IMG/VR virus record: IMGVR_UViG_3300045988_082269
Location: 1 to 39,784 of that record
Origin: a virus
Strand: one strand, 5' to 3'
Length of the DNA stretch: 39,784 nucleotides
Of the stretch, positions 38,397 to 39,784 are shown one piece after another; the stretch's first letter is position 1; every line of letters begins with the position of its first letter. The position numbers were made by a program, and so were the translations under genes. The notes below the pieces were generated by a model, which saw nothing but the letters and a program-made list of their open reading frames with translations, ran no database searches and was not told the origin of the DNA.

Positions 38397-39321
38397 CCGC
38401 TGTACCCGCTTTCCCGATCCTTCGCAGCGACTGCGACAAAAGCACTTTCTGCGGGATGTCCGGTGCAGGGGACTGTGCCGGCCGGTTGGCAACGGTGGCG
38501 TTTCCCTGTGCCTGATAGTAATGCTCCATGGTGATCGGCGCGTTGAGGATGGTGGTTCTCAAGTATGCCTTGATGTTTTTCACTGGGTTCTTCGTGCTGG
38601 ACAGTGCGTCCATGATGTACTCAATGTGCTGGCTTGTCAGCATATCCAGACGCTTCCGGATGCTGGCGGTCAGCTGGGGATACTGCCCGATGGTCTGTGT
38701 CGGCAGCGGGCAGTTGTACATCTCCACGATGTTGTTCAGGATCTCATCCAGCATCTCCGGGTCGTACCTTGCGGCCAGCGTATCCAGTTCCAGTCGGTTG
38801 CGGAAATGATCCAGAGATTCCTGCCAGTCGGATGTTGTTCCATCCATCCTCTGGCCGTCGGCCTGATAGATAGATTTCCCTATAGATTTCTCTATATATT
38901 TCTTCCGTGAAATTTTTTCACGGGTCTGAGGGAAATTTTTTCCCGGGTCTGGTGACGTTTTTTTCACCGGTGAAGTTTTTTCACCGGTGAAGTTTTTTCC
39001 CGGGTCTGCGTCTCCCAGCGTCATAGTTTCAACGCCCGGAACGGTCCGGTAAACGTTACGCTCAACGCCTCCCTCCATCTCCTTGCGCATCTCCACAACG
39101 CCCATACTGACCAGCTCCGCAAGAAAGTCCTTGACCGAACGCTGTGTTACGCCAAGCCAATCGGCAATATAGAGTGATCCGCCCCGATACCAGCTTTCGC
39201 CGTCCTGCGAAAATCCATAGATCACAGCAAGTGCCATCGCCTTTGCAGGCTTGAGCTTGAGATTGTCTATCATCCAGCGTTGGATGACGACATACTGGCT
39301 CTTCTTCTTTTTTTCCTTCAT
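38389..39321 (-). CDS. Putative replication initiator/replisome organiser with N-terminal winged-helix domain, 310 aa
   Basis: ORF trimmed to ATG 39319-39321. Position is next to ssb. Iteron array lies inside the coding region. Confidence 0.6.
   Translation of the reverse strand: MKEKKKKSQYVVIQRWMIDNLKLKPAKAMALAVIYGFSQDGESWYRGGSLYIADWLGVTQRSVKDFLAELVSMGVVEMRKEMEGGVERNVYRTVPGVETMTLGDADPGKNFTGEKTSPVKKTSPDPGKNFPQTREKISRKKYIEKSIGKSIYQADGQRMDGTTSDWQESLDHFRNRLELDTLAARYDPEMLDEILNNIVEMYNCPLPTQTIGQYPQLTASIRKRLDMLTSQHIEYIMDALSSTKNPVKNIKAYLRTTILNAPITMEHYYQAQGNATVANRPAQSPAPDIPQKVLLSQSLRRIGKAGTADG
38871..38902. repeat. AT-rich TA(G/T)ATTTC x3 repeats adjacent to the iterons (possible unwinding element)
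   Basis: TAGATTTC at 38871 and 38883, TATATTTC at 38895, with 12-nt spacing. Confidence 0.6.
38909..39008. repeat. Five iterons, G(A)A(A/G/C)(T/G)TTTTT(T)C(A/C)C(G/C)GGT(CTG/GA): candidate origin of replication
   Basis: Copies at 38909-38928, 38932-38951, 38954-38973, 38972-38990 and 38989-39008. They encode the repeats DPGKNF and (E/K)KTSP. Confidence 0.7.
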
Positions 39322-39345
39322 ACACGCCCCCCCCCGATGGGGCAA

Positions 39346-39771
39346 TTAAAACGGCAGGTCTTCGTCGTCGCTTATAACGGCAAAATCATCGTTGCTGCCC
39401 TGTGCGTAAGCTGGGGCAGGCTCCCGGTAATCCTTGGGCGGTGCTTCACCGCCGTCATCGACCTTCTCGGCCTTTTTCGCCCCGGCAAAGCTGATATTAT
39501 CGGCCAGCACTTCCACCGCCGTCCGCTTGCTGCCGCTCTTGTCCTGATAATTCCGGGTCTGCAAACTGCCGGAAACGGCAATCAGACTGCCCTTGCGGAA
39601 GTACTTGCAGACAAAATCCGCTTGATGACGCCATGCCACGACGTCGATGAAATCCGCCTGCCGTTCCTGCCCCTGCGGAGCATAATTCCGATCGCAGGCG
39701 ATCCGGAAGCTGCACACGGTATTTCCGTTCTGGGTGGTGCGCAGCTCCGGATCAGCGATAAGACGCCCCAT
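39346..39771 (-). CDS. ssb: Single-stranded DNA-binding protein, 141 aa
   Basis: OB-fold N-terminus (GRLIADPELRTTQNGNTVCSFRIA) and acidic C-terminal tip DDEDLPF. Confidence 0.9.
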   Translation of the reverse strand: MGRLIADPELRTTQNGNTVCSFRIACDRNYAPQGQERQADFIDVVAWRHQADFVCKYFRKGSLIAVSGSLQTRNYQDKSGSKRTAVEVLADNISFAGAKKAEKVDDGGEAPPKDYREPAPAYAQGSNDDFAVISDDEDLPF

Positions 39772-39784
39772 GATCGCTACTACA
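39666..39784. repeat. Terminal direct repeat, copy 2 (identical to 1..119)
   Basis: Base-by-base identity read between the two window ends. Confidence 0.95.

Larger units (their letters stand above)
1..39784. mobile_element. Complete temperate siphovirus-type phage genome (HK97-like head module, HNH/cos-type packaging), circularly closed contig, about 39,665 bp unique
   Basis: Complete head-tail-lysis, lysogeny (integrase, CI/Cro-like switch) and replication modules. Terminal 119 nt are duplicated. Confidence 0.85.

Noticed and set aside
38909-39008. Short direct repeats that might suggest a CRISPR array
   Set aside because: The repeats abut or overlap with no unique spacers. They lie in frame inside a coding sequence next to an AT-rich tract, and no cas genes are present. 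They are interpreted as replication iterons.
1-39784. Search for recognisable defence or diversity systems: reverse transcriptase/DGR or retron, Cas genes, restriction-modification methyltransferase motifs, toxin-antitoxin pairs
   Set aside because: No RT (YxDD), methyltransferase (DPPY, or FxGxG with PC), Cas or classical toxin motifs were seen in any plausible ORF. The only nuclease-like proteins are the packaging HNH and a small HNH/zinc-finger protein in the recombination module.

Overview
The window is a complete, circularly closed genome of a temperate siphovirus-type phage. The unique length is about 39,665 bp, and the first 119 nt are identical to the last 119 nt. GC content is high (Clostridia/Ruminococcaceae-like), with several visibly AT-rich islands. 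Almost everything is transcribed on the minus strand. The early operon starts at the Cro-like gene (4173), runs through position 1 and wraps to 39771..33716. It carries NinB, an HNH-like protein, SSB, a replication initiator with in-gene iterons, ParA, two DUF551 cassettes, ParB and a sigma-like activator. A roughly 700-bp regulatory gap follows, then tRNA-Met, HNH, TerS, TerL, portal, ClpP-type protease, major capsid, connectors, major tail, frameshifted chaperone, tape measure, Dit, Tal, a receptor-binding protein with a metallophosphoesterase domain, GH25 endolysin and holin. The plus strand carries the lysogeny and regulatory genes: CI-like repressor, XRE regulator plus tyrosine integrase, and a dual-HTH/AP2 regulator pair. 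It also carries an AT-rich secreted-protein moron. The most unusual content: (i) a five-gene operon of Cys-rich, Gly/Asn-rich and membrane-anchored proteins of unrecognised function between attP and the lysis/regulatory modules (9570..12449); (ii) a perfect 19-bp palindrome present three times; (iii) a duplicated gene cassette between parA and parB that left a chimeric parB-start::parA-tail mini-ORF; (iv) mutually exclusive inverted repeats upstream of a sigma-region-4-like gene. All functional calls rest on motif recognition by eye, gene order and RBS/start inspection. No database search was possible.
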